Positions 52,522 through 61,565 of a stretch of DNA of 64,000 nt are shown piece by piece. The position numbers and the translations under genes are program-made. The DNA comes from Deltaproteobacteria bacterium (GTDB taxonomy: Bacteria > Myxococcota_A > Polyangia > Fen-1088): positions 1 through 64,000 of the forward strand of contig JANRKS010000019.1 of assembly GCA_033763315.1 (NCBI GenBank), given 5' to 3'. The first letter of the stretch is position 1. Every line of letters starts with the position of its first letter. A model generated the notes under the pieces. The model had not been told where the DNA came from. It worked only from the letters and a program-made list of their open reading frames with translations, and did not search any database.

Positions 52522-52522
52522 C

Positions 52523-54415
52523 TTAGTCTTTTGTGAGGGTCAAGGCGCCCAGGATGGCGGCCAGCGCCGCGTTGGCCAGCAGGAACACATGCTCGAAATG
52601 GGTGGGCACCCAGGTGATGTCCACACTGCCGCTGCAAACCAAAAACAGCAGCAGGCCGGCCACACCCAACGCGAAGCCACCCAAAGCCGGTCGCAGTGAA
52701 CGAACGCTGAGTCCCACGGCGACGCCGAGCGCAGGCAAGGCCGCGCTGATGAACAGCGGCGTGCCGTGCGCCGAGGCGCCCCACACGTGCGCAAGCCACA
52801 TCGCCAGGCCCGCCGGAATGCCTTCAAATAGGGGCGCAAAGGCGGCCGGGGCCGACAAGCCGAACCAGGCGAGCAGCAATGGCACCACAAACAAACCCGA
52901 AGAGCCCAGCAGCACACCGGCCACGAAGCGCCCGCGGCTTCCGGCTTCCAAGCGACGTCGCCGGCGAAGGCTGGACGTAACGGCGAAGGCGAGGGTTCCG
53001 GCAAACGCCAATGCGCCACCGCCGCGTGTTTCTTGCGCCCGCGCCAATGCCTTGTCTGCGTCTACGATGCCCGCACCGTAGTGATCGTTGATGCGTTCGT
53101 CACCCGCGGCTTTCGCACTGCTTTTGGGCGTCCGCGCGGTGCCCATCAACAACGCGTCCACGGCGTCGGGCTGGGTGACTCCGGCGCTCATGATCAACGC
53201 CGCCACACCGGCCACGTGCGGTGAGGCCATCGATGTGCCCATAAACCACAGGTAATCTTGTTTGCTGGTGTTGCCGGGAACGATCGTGTTTTGCAGCACG
53301 CCATCGGGTTGACCGTCGCCGTTTTGATCCACGCGCACATTCCCGCCGGGAGCCGCGATGTCCACCGTTTTGCCCCAATTGGAATAAAACGTGGTGGCCT
53401 CATCGAATTGCGTGGCAGCCACGCCAATCACCTCGGGGTATTTGCCCGGATAGCTGACGCGGCCGCGGCCATCGTTGCCAGCCGCGGCCACCACAACCAC
53501 GCCCTTCTTGCGGGCGTACTTTACGGCCGAGTGGATGCTGCCCACGGGGAACGGCCCGCCCAGGCTCATGTTGATCACGTTGGCGCCGTGGTCGGCCGCC
53601 CACCTGATGGCTTGCGCTATGGCCGCCATGGAGCCTGAGCCCCGCGCCGAAAGGACCTTGAGCGGCATGATCGATGCCTTAAAAGCGATGCCGGAGACGC
53701 CCAAGCCATTGTTCGTGGACTGCGCGATGGTTCCGGCCACGTGTGTTCCGTGGCCATGATCGTCAGAGGCGTCTTTGTTGTTGTCGACGAAGTTGTAGCC
53801 TTCAACGAACTTGGTATTGGCCAAATCGCCCACGCGGCTCACGCCCGTGTCGATGACGGCCACCACAACGCCTTCGCCCTGGCTGCGTTTCCAGGCTTGC
53901 TTGAGGTTGATCTGGTTAAAGTGCCATTGAAACGCAAAGCAAGGGTCGTTGGGGAAGCCCACTTTGGCTTCGCCGGCGTTCTCGTGGCACGCGGCCAGCG
54001 AGGGCGGCGGGGCAGCAACGGCAAACGCTTCGTCAGGCGGGATGATGGCCTCGACGTCGTAATCCACACCCTGCACTGATGGGTCGGCTGCTAGACGTTC
54101 AAAAGCGGCGTCGCGTTCCCCGCGGCTGGCGAAACGCACCCGGTAAAGTTTATCGGTGTCGGAGGCGGCGCTGATGGCTTCCTCGGTGAGGCCATTGCGG
54201 GCGAGCACATCGGCCGTCACGTCGTCGCGAAAGTCGACGATCAGCGTGTTGGGGCTTTGCTCCGCGGCGGCGGCCAATTCCGCGGCGCGCTCGGCTGAGG
54301 CTGTGGCCTGCCGCTGCTGTGCGAGCTCGGTGCCCGGATGAAACCACCACAAACCCACCACCAGCGTCGTGCCAAAGGGCCACCACGCGCGCACGAAGGA
54401 AAACTTTGACGGCAT
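52523..54415 (-). CDS. S8 subtilisin-like serine protease with a C-terminal multi-TM domain
   Basis: Catalytic triad motifs VAVIDTG, HGTHVAG, GTSMASPHVAG, and AAGN. Upstream TATACT and GGAGG. Confidence 0.93.
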   Translation of the reverse strand: MPSKFSFVRAWWPFGTTLVVGLWWFHPGTELAQQRQATASAERAAELAAAAEQSPNTLIVDFRDDVTADVLARNGLTEEAISAASDTDKLYRVRFASRGERDAAFERLAADPSVQGVDYDVEAIIPPDEAFAVAAPPPSLAACHENAGEAKVGFPNDPCFAFQWHFNQINLKQAWKRSQGEGVVVAVIDTGVSRVGDLANTKFVEGYNFVDNNKDASDDHGHGTHVAGTIAQSTNNGLGVSGIAFKASIMPLKVLSARGSGSMAAIAQAIRWAADHGANVINMSLGGPFPVGSIHSAVKYARKKGVVVVAAAGNDGRGRVSYPGKYPEVIGVAATQFDEATTFYSNWGKTVDIAAPGGNVRVDQNGDGQPDGVLQNTIVPGNTSKQDYLWFMGTSMASPHVAGVAALIMSAGVTQPDAVDALLMGTARTPKSSAKAAGDERINDHYGAGIVDADKALARAQETRGGGALAFAGTLAFAVTSSLRRRRRLEAGSRGRFVAGVLLGSSGLFVVPLLLAWFGLSAPAAFAPLFEGIPAGLAMWLAHVWGASAHGTPLFISAALPALGVAVGLSVRSLRPALGGFALGVAGLLLFLVCSGSVDITWVPTHFEHVFLLANAALAAILGALTLTKD

Positions 54416-54649
54416 GCTGCCCTCCACCTTTGAGTATAGAGCACGCCGTGCAACTTGGCTTGCCAACGGCTTACGCTGGGGCCATCCCATTTGCCTGACA
54501 AAACGCCTGCCGGCCGCTTTCGGCCGCGAAGGGCTGTTGACCGCTTTGTTGGGTAGGTCGTAAAGTCACGCGATCCCTAGCGCCGCCGTTTAGTAACGTC
54601 TTTTGCCGCGCGGTCCTCGCCGCGTGGTCTGCAGCTACCCTGGAGCCCC

Positions 54650-56227
54650 TTGTTAATGAAGTCCCTGACTGTTGCTCGCCTGTCATTGCTGTTGGCTTGG
54701 CCTTCGCGTTACCTCTTGATTTCCACCTGCTCCGCCTTGGCCGTGGGGGCATGGGAGCCGCGGGTGGCGCTGGCGCAGAGTGAGGAGGCGGTCAGCAAGG
54801 TTAAGGATCTGAACCAGAAGGCGCTCACGGCTTATGACAATCTGGAGCTCGAAGAGGCTCGCAAAGCGCTCACGGAAGCCCTGCAAATTTGTGCGCAAGA
54901 GGGAATGAACGAACACCCCTGGAAGGCGCGCACGCACGTTCACCTAGGCGCGATTTTGGTGGGCGGCTTTCAGCAAAAAGAGTTGGCCGTCAAGCAGTTC
55001 CAACGCGCGCTTGAGATTCAACCAGAGATTCAACTGACGCCTTCATTGCGCAATCCCGAAACGCAGGCCGTGTTCGATGAAGCCAAAAAGGGCGGGGGCA
55101 GCAAGCCTGTGGCCACCAAGCCTACAGAGGCGCCCGCTGAAAAGCCCCCCGAGCCCGCCAAGGAAGAGCCCGCGGGCATAACCCACCAGCCTGTGGCCAC
55201 CTCTCCCGTGGGAGCCAAGGTGGAGATCAAAGCGAAGGTCAGCAAGGTGAAGTTCAGCCGGCTGGTGCTGGCTTACCGCCCCGAAGGCGCCACGGGCTTT
55301 TTGGCTCGCGATATGGAAGCCACGGGCGAGGGCTGGTACGTCGCTCGGATCCCCGAACCTGCCACGCAGGGCGGGTTGGTGCAGTACTACATCGAAGCTC
55401 GTGATGACATGGGCCGCGCCGTCGCAAACAACGGTTCGGAAACCGAGCCTCACGTGGTGGCGTTGGGCGACGCGGCGGCCGGCGTCGACGCGGCCTCTTT
55501 GGTCGAAGCTGAGCCTGAGGCGGCGCCAGCGGCTGACGAGACACCCGCGGGCCCAGACAAAGTGGGCTTTGTATTTGGCGTCAGCGTCGGTTCGGGCTTC
55601 GGCTACGTGTCGGGCTCGCCCGAGGTTAACCCAACGGTGGCCGACGACGACGGCGATCCCAACACGCCTGCCGCCGACATCAATTTCTCAGGCGTGGCTG
55701 CCTCGAAGCTGGGCCATTTGAACATCGAAGCCGGCTACGCGATTCGCCCCGGTTTCATCCTTTCGCTGCAGGCACGCATGCAAAAAGTCAGCGGCGCCAC
55801 CGAGGCCTTCAGCGTGGTGGATAGCAATGGCACCACGAAGAAGTTCTCGCCGGCAACCGGGGCCGTCTCGGTGTTCGGCAAGGCCACGTGGTTGCTAGGC
55901 GCTCCGGGGTCGATCCGGCCCTTCGTGTCCGTCATGGGCGGCGGCGGCGAGCTGCGCCACGTGGTGGACATCGGCGACAAGCGCGCTGATTGTGGTCCGC
56001 TGCCAATGCCCGAAGTGGGGATCGATCCCAACGATAGCGCTACCTTGCCCAACCAGAAGTGCGTCGACACGGTGAAGTCGGGACCCTTGTTGGTTGGCGG
56101 TTCGGCAGGGCTTATTTTGAAGCTGGCCGACAGCGTGGGCGTGACGGCAGGCCTCAATGGCATCGTTGGCATTCCCAACTTTGCGCTGCACGCCGACCTC
56201 AACCTTGGCATGCTGTTGTTGCTCTAG
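54650..56227 (+). CDS. Exported TPR + Ig-like + putative C-terminal outer-membrane beta-barrel protein
   Basis: Signal peptide, TPR helices (AVKQFQRALEIQP), Pro/Glu linker, Ig-like VQYYIEARD and amphipathic beta strands to the C-terminus. Confidence 0.65.
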   Translation: MLMKSLTVARLSLLLAWPSRYLLISTCSALAVGAWEPRVALAQSEEAVSKVKDLNQKALTAYDNLELEEARKALTEALQICAQEGMNEHPWKARTHVHLGAILVGGFQQKELAVKQFQRALEIQPEIQLTPSLRNPETQAVFDEAKKGGGSKPVATKPTEAPAEKPPEPAKEEPAGITHQPVATSPVGAKVEIKAKVSKVKFSRLVLAYRPEGATGFLARDMEATGEGWYVARIPEPATQGGLVQYYIEARDDMGRAVANNGSETEPHVVALGDAAAGVDAASLVEAEPEAAPAADETPAGPDKVGFVFGVSVGSGFGYVSGSPEVNPTVADDDGDPNTPAADINFSGVAASKLGHLNIEAGYAIRPGFILSLQARMQKVSGATEAFSVVDSNGTTKKFSPATGAVSVFGKATWLLGAPGSIRPFVSVMGGGGELRHVVDIGDKRADCGPLPMPEVGIDPNDSATLPNQKCVDTVKSGPLLVGGSAGLILKLADSVGVTAGLNGIVGIPNFALHADLNLGMLLLL

Positions 56228-56230
56228 ACC

Positions 56231-56815
56231 TTACGTCTTTTCAGGCTCCCACAGCGGTTCCGCCTCGCCATAGAGGCGGCTTGCGTGGCGGCTCATCACG
56301 AACAGCGAATCAGACAGGCGGTTCAGATAAGGGATCGCCCAGGGGCCCACGGGTTCTTCGGCCTCCAATTTGACCGCCAGGCGTTCCGCGCGCCGGCACA
56401 CCGTGCGCGCCAGATGCAGGTAAGACGCGACCATGCCGCCGCCCGGTAGGATGAAGCTGCGCAATTCAGGCAGGTGCTCGTTCCATCCATCAAGCTCAGC
56501 TTCCAGCTTGAGCACATGGCGCTCTTCCACGACGGGTTGCTTCGGGTGCAGATCTTCGTTCAACGTGGCCAATTCGCCGCCCAGGTTGAACAGCTCGTTC
56601 TGTATGCGCCGGATCGATTCGGCCAACGCCGCCGCTCCTTCGGGCGCGCCCGGCAACATCAAGGTTGTGCGTGCCAGCCCGAGGCAACACGAAAGCTCGT
56701 CAACGGTGCCGTAGCACTCGATGCGGGTGGCGTCCTTGCGCACCTTTTGTCCGCCCACGAGGCGTGTGTGGCCTTTGTCGCCGGCCTTGGTATAGATGCG
56801 GTTGAGGCGAATCAT
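56231..56815 (-). CDS. pduO: PduO-type cob(I)alamin adenosyltransferase
   Basis: IYTKAGDKGHT.L, YGTVDEL, IQNELFNLG, FILPGG, RTVCRRAER, YLNRLSD.LF. Confidence 0.94.
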   Translation of the reverse strand: MIRLNRIYTKAGDKGHTRLVGGQKVRKDATRIECYGTVDELSCCLGLARTTLMLPGAPEGAAALAESIRRIQNELFNLGGELATLNEDLHPKQPVVEERHVLKLEAELDGWNEHLPELRSFILPGGGMVASYLHLARTVCRRAERLAVKLEAEEPVGPWAIPYLNRLSDSLFVMSRHASRLYGEAEPLWEPEKT

Positions 56816-57549
56816 TGCAGGACGTTAGCACGCGCTTTGGTGCGCTTCCCGAACAGCCCGAGGCGGTGTTGATGGACGTGGGCTTCACCATGGTGGTGTA
56901 CGATTCACAACGCCTCGCCGACTTGGTTAAACCGTTTGGCGTGTTCGTGGACGCGGCCCGCATCGAAGCCACGCAACCGATGATCCGGCGCGAACTCAGC
57001 CACTCGGCGTGGGCGTTTGGGCGCCAAGGCGAAGGGCGGGCGCGCGGGGAAGACTTCTTTTCGCGCGTGCTGGTTGTGGCCGGCGCTGAATTTCGGCCCG
57101 CACAGCTGGCAGCGGCCGTGAGCCACGTTTGGGAACAACATCTTGCCGACAATTTATGGACGCAGGTTTTTCCTGGCGTTCATGAGGCACTGGCGATGCT
57201 CCGAGCGGCGGGGCTGCGGCTGGGTGTCATCTCCAACGCAGAAGGCACCATCGTCGCGCTTTTGAAGCGCATCGGTGTGCTGGACGCCTTTGAGTTGGTG
57301 CTGGATTCCACAGTTGTGGGCGTGGCCAAGCCTGATCGCCGCATTTTCGAGCTGGCGCTCAAAAGCCTCGAATTGCCTCCAGAGCGTGTGGTGATGGTGG
57401 GCGATTCAGTCGCCGCCGACGTGGAAGGCGCGTGGGGCGCGGGCGTGCCGGCCGCCTTGATCGATCCCTTCGACATCCACCCGCAGTGCGTGGCCCCGCG
57501 TTTTGGCGATCTGTTGTCCTTTGCGCGGGCGCTGATCTCGGCTAAGTAG
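56815..57549 (+). CDS. HAD-superfamily (IA) hydrolase
   Basis: LMDVGFT, GVISN, KPDRRIF, MVGDS..ADVEGA. Start uncertain (TTG 56815 or GTG 56866). Confidence 0.85.
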   Translation: MQDVSTRFGALPEQPEAVLMDVGFTMVVYDSQRLADLVKPFGVFVDAARIEATQPMIRRELSHSAWAFGRQGEGRARGEDFFSRVLVVAGAEFRPAQLAAAVSHVWEQHLADNLWTQVFPGVHEALAMLRAAGLRLGVISNAEGTIVALLKRIGVLDAFELVLDSTVVGVAKPDRRIFELALKSLELPPERVVMVGDSVAADVEGAWGAGVPAALIDPFDIHPQCVAPRFGDLLSFARALISAK

Positions 57550-57688
57550 GGCGCACAGACACTGGTTGGCGTTGCCACCTGGGTGTGCAACGCGTTGACT
57601 TGGCAAGAGTTTGCCTTGCAGTGCGGTCCTGAACCTGCTTTAAACTACCGCGCCTTTTTAGAATTCACACGAGGAAGACCCCACCGTC

Positions 57689-59788
57689 ATGCCGTCCATC
57701 GACAAAATCCGCAATATTGGAATTTCTGCCCACATCGACTCGGGCAAAACCACGTTGTCTGAGCGCATTCTCTTTTACACGGGCAAGATCCACAAGATCA
57801 GCGAAGTCCGCGGCAAAGACGGCGTCGGCGCGAAGATGGACTCGATGGACCTTGAGCGTGAAAAGGGCATCACCATTCAGTCGGCCGCCACGTACTGTGA
57901 GTGGAAAGACATCAACATCAACTTGATCGACACCCCGGGCCACGTGGACTTCACCGTGGAAGTGGAACGTGCGTTGCGCGTGCTCGACGGCGCTGTGCTC
58001 GTTCTGTGTGGCGTGGCTGGTGTGCAATCGCAGTCGTACACCGTTGATCGGCAAATGCGCCGCTACAACGTCCCGCGCTTGGCGTTCATCAACAAACTTG
58101 ATCGCGCGGGAGCCAGCGGCGCGCGCGTGGCCGCGCAGTTGAAAGAGAAGCTCGGCCACCACGTGGTCGTGATGCAGATCCAGATGGGCGAAGAAGATCG
58201 CCTCGAAGGCCTCGTTGACTTGGTCAAGATGAAGGCCTTTTACTTCGACGGCGACAACGGCGAAGACATCCGCGAAGAAGAAATTCCCGCACAGCATGTC
58301 GATGCGGCCAAGGCTGCGCGTCAAGCCATGATCGAAGCCATCGCCGAAGTTGACGACACCTTGGCCGAGAAGTTCTTGGCTGAAGAAGAGCCAACCCAAG
58401 CCGAAATCATGGCGGCCGTTCGCCGCGCGTGCATTGCCTTGAAGGCAACGCCGGTGTTCATGGGCTCGGCCTATAAAAACAAGGGCGTGCAGCTCTTGCT
58501 CGACGGCGTTTCGGATTTCTTGCCGAACCCAACCGAGGTCAACAACTTCGCGCTCGATCAAAAGAAGGGCGAAGAGCGTTTCAAGCTTGAGTCCGATGCG
58601 ACCAAGCCCTTGGTGGCGCTTGCGTTCAAGTTGGAAGATGGCCGCTACGGCCAGTTGACGTACATGCGCGTCTACCAAGGCAAGATGAACAAGGGCGAGT
58701 TCATCTACAACTGTTCCGCGGGCAACAAGAAGGTCAAGATTCCTCGCTTGGTGCGTATGCACTCGAACGAAATGAACGACGTCGAATCGGCCGAGGCCGG
58801 CGGCATCGTGGCGTTGTTCGGCGTGGAATGCGCGTCAGGCGATACGTTTACTGACGGTCAGCTTGAAGCCACCATGACGTCGATGCACGTGCCTGACGCC
58901 GTTATCTCGTTGGCGGTTACGCCGAAGGATAAGGCGAACGCCACCAACTTCTCAAAGGCGCTCAACCGCTTCACGAAGGAAGATCCCACCTTCCGCGTGC
59001 ACCGCGACGAAGAGTCGGCACAAACCATCATCAGCGGCATGGGCGAGCTTCACCTCGAGATCTACATCGAGCGTATGAAGCGCGAGTACGGCTGCGAAGT
59101 GATCGCGGGCAAGCCACAGGTGGCCTACCGCGAGACGATCAAGAAGAAGGCCGACTACAACTACACCCACAAGAAGCAAACGGGTGGTTCGGGTCAGTAT
59201 GCCCGCGTGGCGGGCTTCATCGAGCCGAACGTGGCCGAAAGCGGCGCGCTTTACGAGTTCGTGGACGAGATCTCGGGCGGCGTGATCCCGCGTGAATACA
59301 TTCCTGCGGTTGATAAGGGTTTCCGCGAGGCGATCACGAAGGGCCCGTTGATTGGGTTCCCCATCGTGGACGTCAAGTGCACCTTGAACGACGGTCAATA
59401 CCACGCCGTCGACTCATCCGAGCTTGCGTTCAAGACCGCCGGCATCATGGGCTTCCGCGAGGCTTACATGAAGGCTGACCCCACCATCCTCGAGCCCATC
59501 ATGCTGGTTGAAGTCACATTCCCTGAGGAATTCCAGGGCAACGTGCTTGGCCAGCTGAACCAACGCCGCGGGCAAATCGTGTCCACGGACAAGGAAGAAG
59601 GCTTCGTGCGCGCCCAAGCGGAAGTTCCCTTGAACGACATGTTCGGTTACTCCACCGACCTGCGCTCCGGCACGCAAGGCAAAGGCGAGTTCTCGATGGA
59701 GTTCAAGCGCTACGCCGAGGTGCCTCGCCAGGTGCGTGACGCGATGATCGCTGAGTTCAAGGCCAAGAAAGAAAAAGAAGCCAAGTAA
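57689..59788 (+). CDS. fusA: Elongation factor G, stand-alone (spirochaete/planctomycete/deltaproteobacterial EF-G1 type)
   Basis: [32 protein letters not shown]...[11 protein letters not shown]. Not flanked by rpsG or tuf. Confidence 0.96.
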   Translation: MPSIDKIRNIGISAHIDSGKTTLSERILFYTGKIHKISEVRGKDGVGAKMDSMDLEREKGITIQSAATYCEWKDININLIDTPGHVDFTVEVERALRVLDGAVLVLCGVAGVQSQSYTVDRQMRRYNVPRLAFINKLDRAGASGARVAAQLKEKLGHHVVVMQIQMGEEDRLEGLVDLVKMKAFYFDGDNGEDIREEEIPAQHVDAAKAARQAMIEAIAEVDDTLAEKFLAEEEPTQAEIMAAVRRACIALKATPVFMGSAYKNKGVQLLLDGVSDFLPNPTEVNNFALDQKKGEERFKLESDATKPLVALAFKLEDGRYGQLTYMRVYQGKMNKGEFIYNCSAGNKKVKIPRLVRMHSNEMNDVESAEAGGIVALFGVECASGDTFTDGQLEATMTSMHVPDAVISLAVTPKDKANATNFSKALNRFTKEDPTFRVHRDEESAQTIISGMGELHLEIYIERMKREYGCEVIAGKPQVAYRETIKKKADYNYTHKKQTGGSGQYARVAGFIEPNVAESGALYEFVDEISGGVIPREYIPAVDKGFREAITKGPLIGFPIVDVKCTLNDGQYHAVDSSELAFKTAGIMGFREAYMKADPTILEPIMLVEVTFPEEFQGNVLGQLNQRRGQIVSTDKEEGFVRAQAEVPLNDMFGYSTDLRSGTQGKGEFSMEFKRYAEVPRQVRDAMIAEFKAKKEKEAK

Positions 59789-59822
59789 GCTTCTCGGTTT
59801 TCCAACCACATCAAGTTCGTTT

Positions 59823-59866
59823 GTAAGTCCGGAACCTCCACGCGGGGTTTCGGACTTACTTGTTTT
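59823..59866 (+). terminator. Rho-independent terminator after fusA
   Basis: Long stem GTAAGTCCGGAACCTC/GGGGTTTCGGACTTAC (with GU pairs) followed by TTGTTTT. Confidence 0.8.
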
Positions 59867-59957
59867 GGGGTCGGCCCGACAGTGAAGGCTTTGTACTGCG
59901 CGAACGTGCAGTTCAACGCCTAATGTTTGGTGTCCCGACCGCCGATTTATTCTGTTG

Positions 59958-61565
59958 ATGCACTCACGGCGGCCCTTAGAAAAATGGTTGGCAGGCCTGT
60001 TGTTGGGAGGAAGCCTTTTGGTGCCCGCGGCGGCGCTGGGGGCCGAGGTTGTGGCGAAGCCTGATCCGGAAACCGCTTTGCGCGAGACCTTGGTGGCTCG
60101 CTGTGAAAAGCGGTGGACACGAAACTTTGTGCCCATGGCCAAAGCGCAACTGCCGGCCAACGATCCCGCCAACGATGAGAGCCGGCAGGTGGTGCTGGAC
60201 GTGATCGTAGATCGCAAGGGCAGGTTCGTATCGGTTGACCTTGGCACGCCCTCGGGCGCCGATGGTTTGGACCAAGCCGCCAAAGACATCGCGCTTGATA
60301 CGGGGCCCGTGGCGAAGATCGATCCGGCTTTGCTTTCGGACGATGGCAACCTGCACGCGGTCTGGGTGTTTGCGCGCAAAGATGGTGCGTGTTCGGATTT
60401 GCAGTTCCGCGACGTGCACTTGCCGCCTGAGCAAGCCATTCCCACGTTGATCAGTCAAGGGCGTGAGGCGCGCGCTTTGGAACGTTTGGCCGAGGCGGTT
60501 GCCGACGGCAATGACAAGGCCGTGAGCGTGTTCGGTCAACACTGGCTCAAGCGCGTAAGCACAAGCAAAGACAAGCAGGCGAGCCTTGCGGGTGTGGCGG
60601 CGCTTGCACAGACGGGCAACCGTGAGGCCGCCGCGCAATTGGCTGCGTTGGCGGAAGCAGGCAAGCTGCCGCCGGCGTTTTGGCAACATTTGGGTTTGTC
60701 GGGGCAGGCCGTGTGCCCGGTGGCGAAGAAGGCGCTGGGTGACAAGAGCGCTGAAGCGCGCGCCGCCGCTTTGCATGCGCTCGGCGTTCATTTCGACAAA
60801 GCTTGCTTAGGCACGCTGGCGGCCTTGGCGATGAATACGACGGCGCCCGCCGAAGAACGTATCTTGGCTTTGGCCGCTTTGGCGAAAAGCGACAGCGAAG
60901 AAGCCCGCGTGGCTTCGAAGAAGGCCATGGACGACGCCAACGTGAAAGTCCGCGCGGCTGCCATTCGTTCGTGGGCACAACCCGATCGCGGCTTGCGTGC
61001 GTTGTACGGCCTCACCGCCATCATGAAGGAGCCGAACGTCACCGTGCGCGCTGCGATCAACGCCGGCATCGCGAGGTCTTCTGGCGACAAGGGTTTGGAG
61101 CAGCTCTACCTTGTGTATAAAGAGAAGGACCCGCAGATCTATGAGGCGTTGAGCGAAGAGCTGGGGCAAATGAGCACTGAAGCGTCGGCGGAGATGCTGC
61201 GGCGGTTTTTGAAGAAGGACGACGCAAAGATTCGCCGAGCGGCAGCCATGGCGGTTGGGCGGCGCTCTGATCGCTTTGCAAAAGCGGTGTCGGCCACATT
61301 GACCGACGACGCTGATCCCGCTTTCAAAGTGCTTGCCAGCCACGCGATGGCAGCTGCCGACGTGGATACCACGGTGGCCGCGGTGGATCCGAAGCAACGG
61401 CGTTGGGCTTTTGGTTTGTTGTTGGAAGCTGGTTTGCGTGCACCCGCGTCTAAGCTCATGCTCGCGGCTTGGCCGCAACTGGCAGAGGACGCGCGTCTTG
61501 AATGGATCGCTACGTGGTTAATGGCGGGTGAACCGCCTTCCAAAGTTGCATCGTCACGGCCTTAA
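59958..61565 (+). CDS. Exported TonB C-terminal-like domain plus HEAT-repeat protein
   Basis: Signal peptide, VVLDVIVDRKGRFVSV..GTPSG..GLDQAA, then HEAT repeats (DKSAEARAAALHAL, DANVKVRAAAI, DDAKIRRAAAMAVG). Confidence 0.72.
   Translation: MHSRRPLEKWLAGLLLGGSLLVPAAALGAEVVAKPDPETALRETLVARCEKRWTRNFVPMAKAQLPANDPANDESRQVVLDVIVDRKGRFVSVDLGTPSGADGLDQAAKDIALDTGPVAKIDPALLSDDGNLHAVWVFARKDGACSDLQFRDVHLPPEQAIPTLISQGREARALERLAEAVADGNDKAVSVFGQHWLKRVSTSKDKQASLAGVAALAQTGNREAAAQLAALAEAGKLPPAFWQHLGLSGQAVCPVAKKALGDKSAEARAAALHALGVHFDKACLGTLAALAMNTTAPAEERILALAALAKSDSEEARVASKKAMDDANVKVRAAAIRSWAQPDRGLRALYGLTAIMKEPNVTVRAAINAGIARSSGDKGLEQLYLVYKEKDPQIYEALSEELGQMSTEASAEMLRRFLKKDDAKIRRAAAMAVGRRSDRFAKAVSATLTDDADPAFKVLASHAMAAADVDTTVAAVDPKQRRWAFGLLLEAGLRAPASKLMLAAWPQLAEDARLEWIATWLMAGEPPSKVASSRP

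Noticed and set aside
54450-54466. Sigma54-like TGGCA...TTGCA upstream of the S8 protease (similar case at 10646-10661)
   Set aside because: GG-to-GC spacing is 11 nt, not the required 10.
56825-56851. CIRCE-like half site TTAGCACGC
   Set aside because: There is no second half-site at N9. It coincides with the pduO -10-like box on the other strand.
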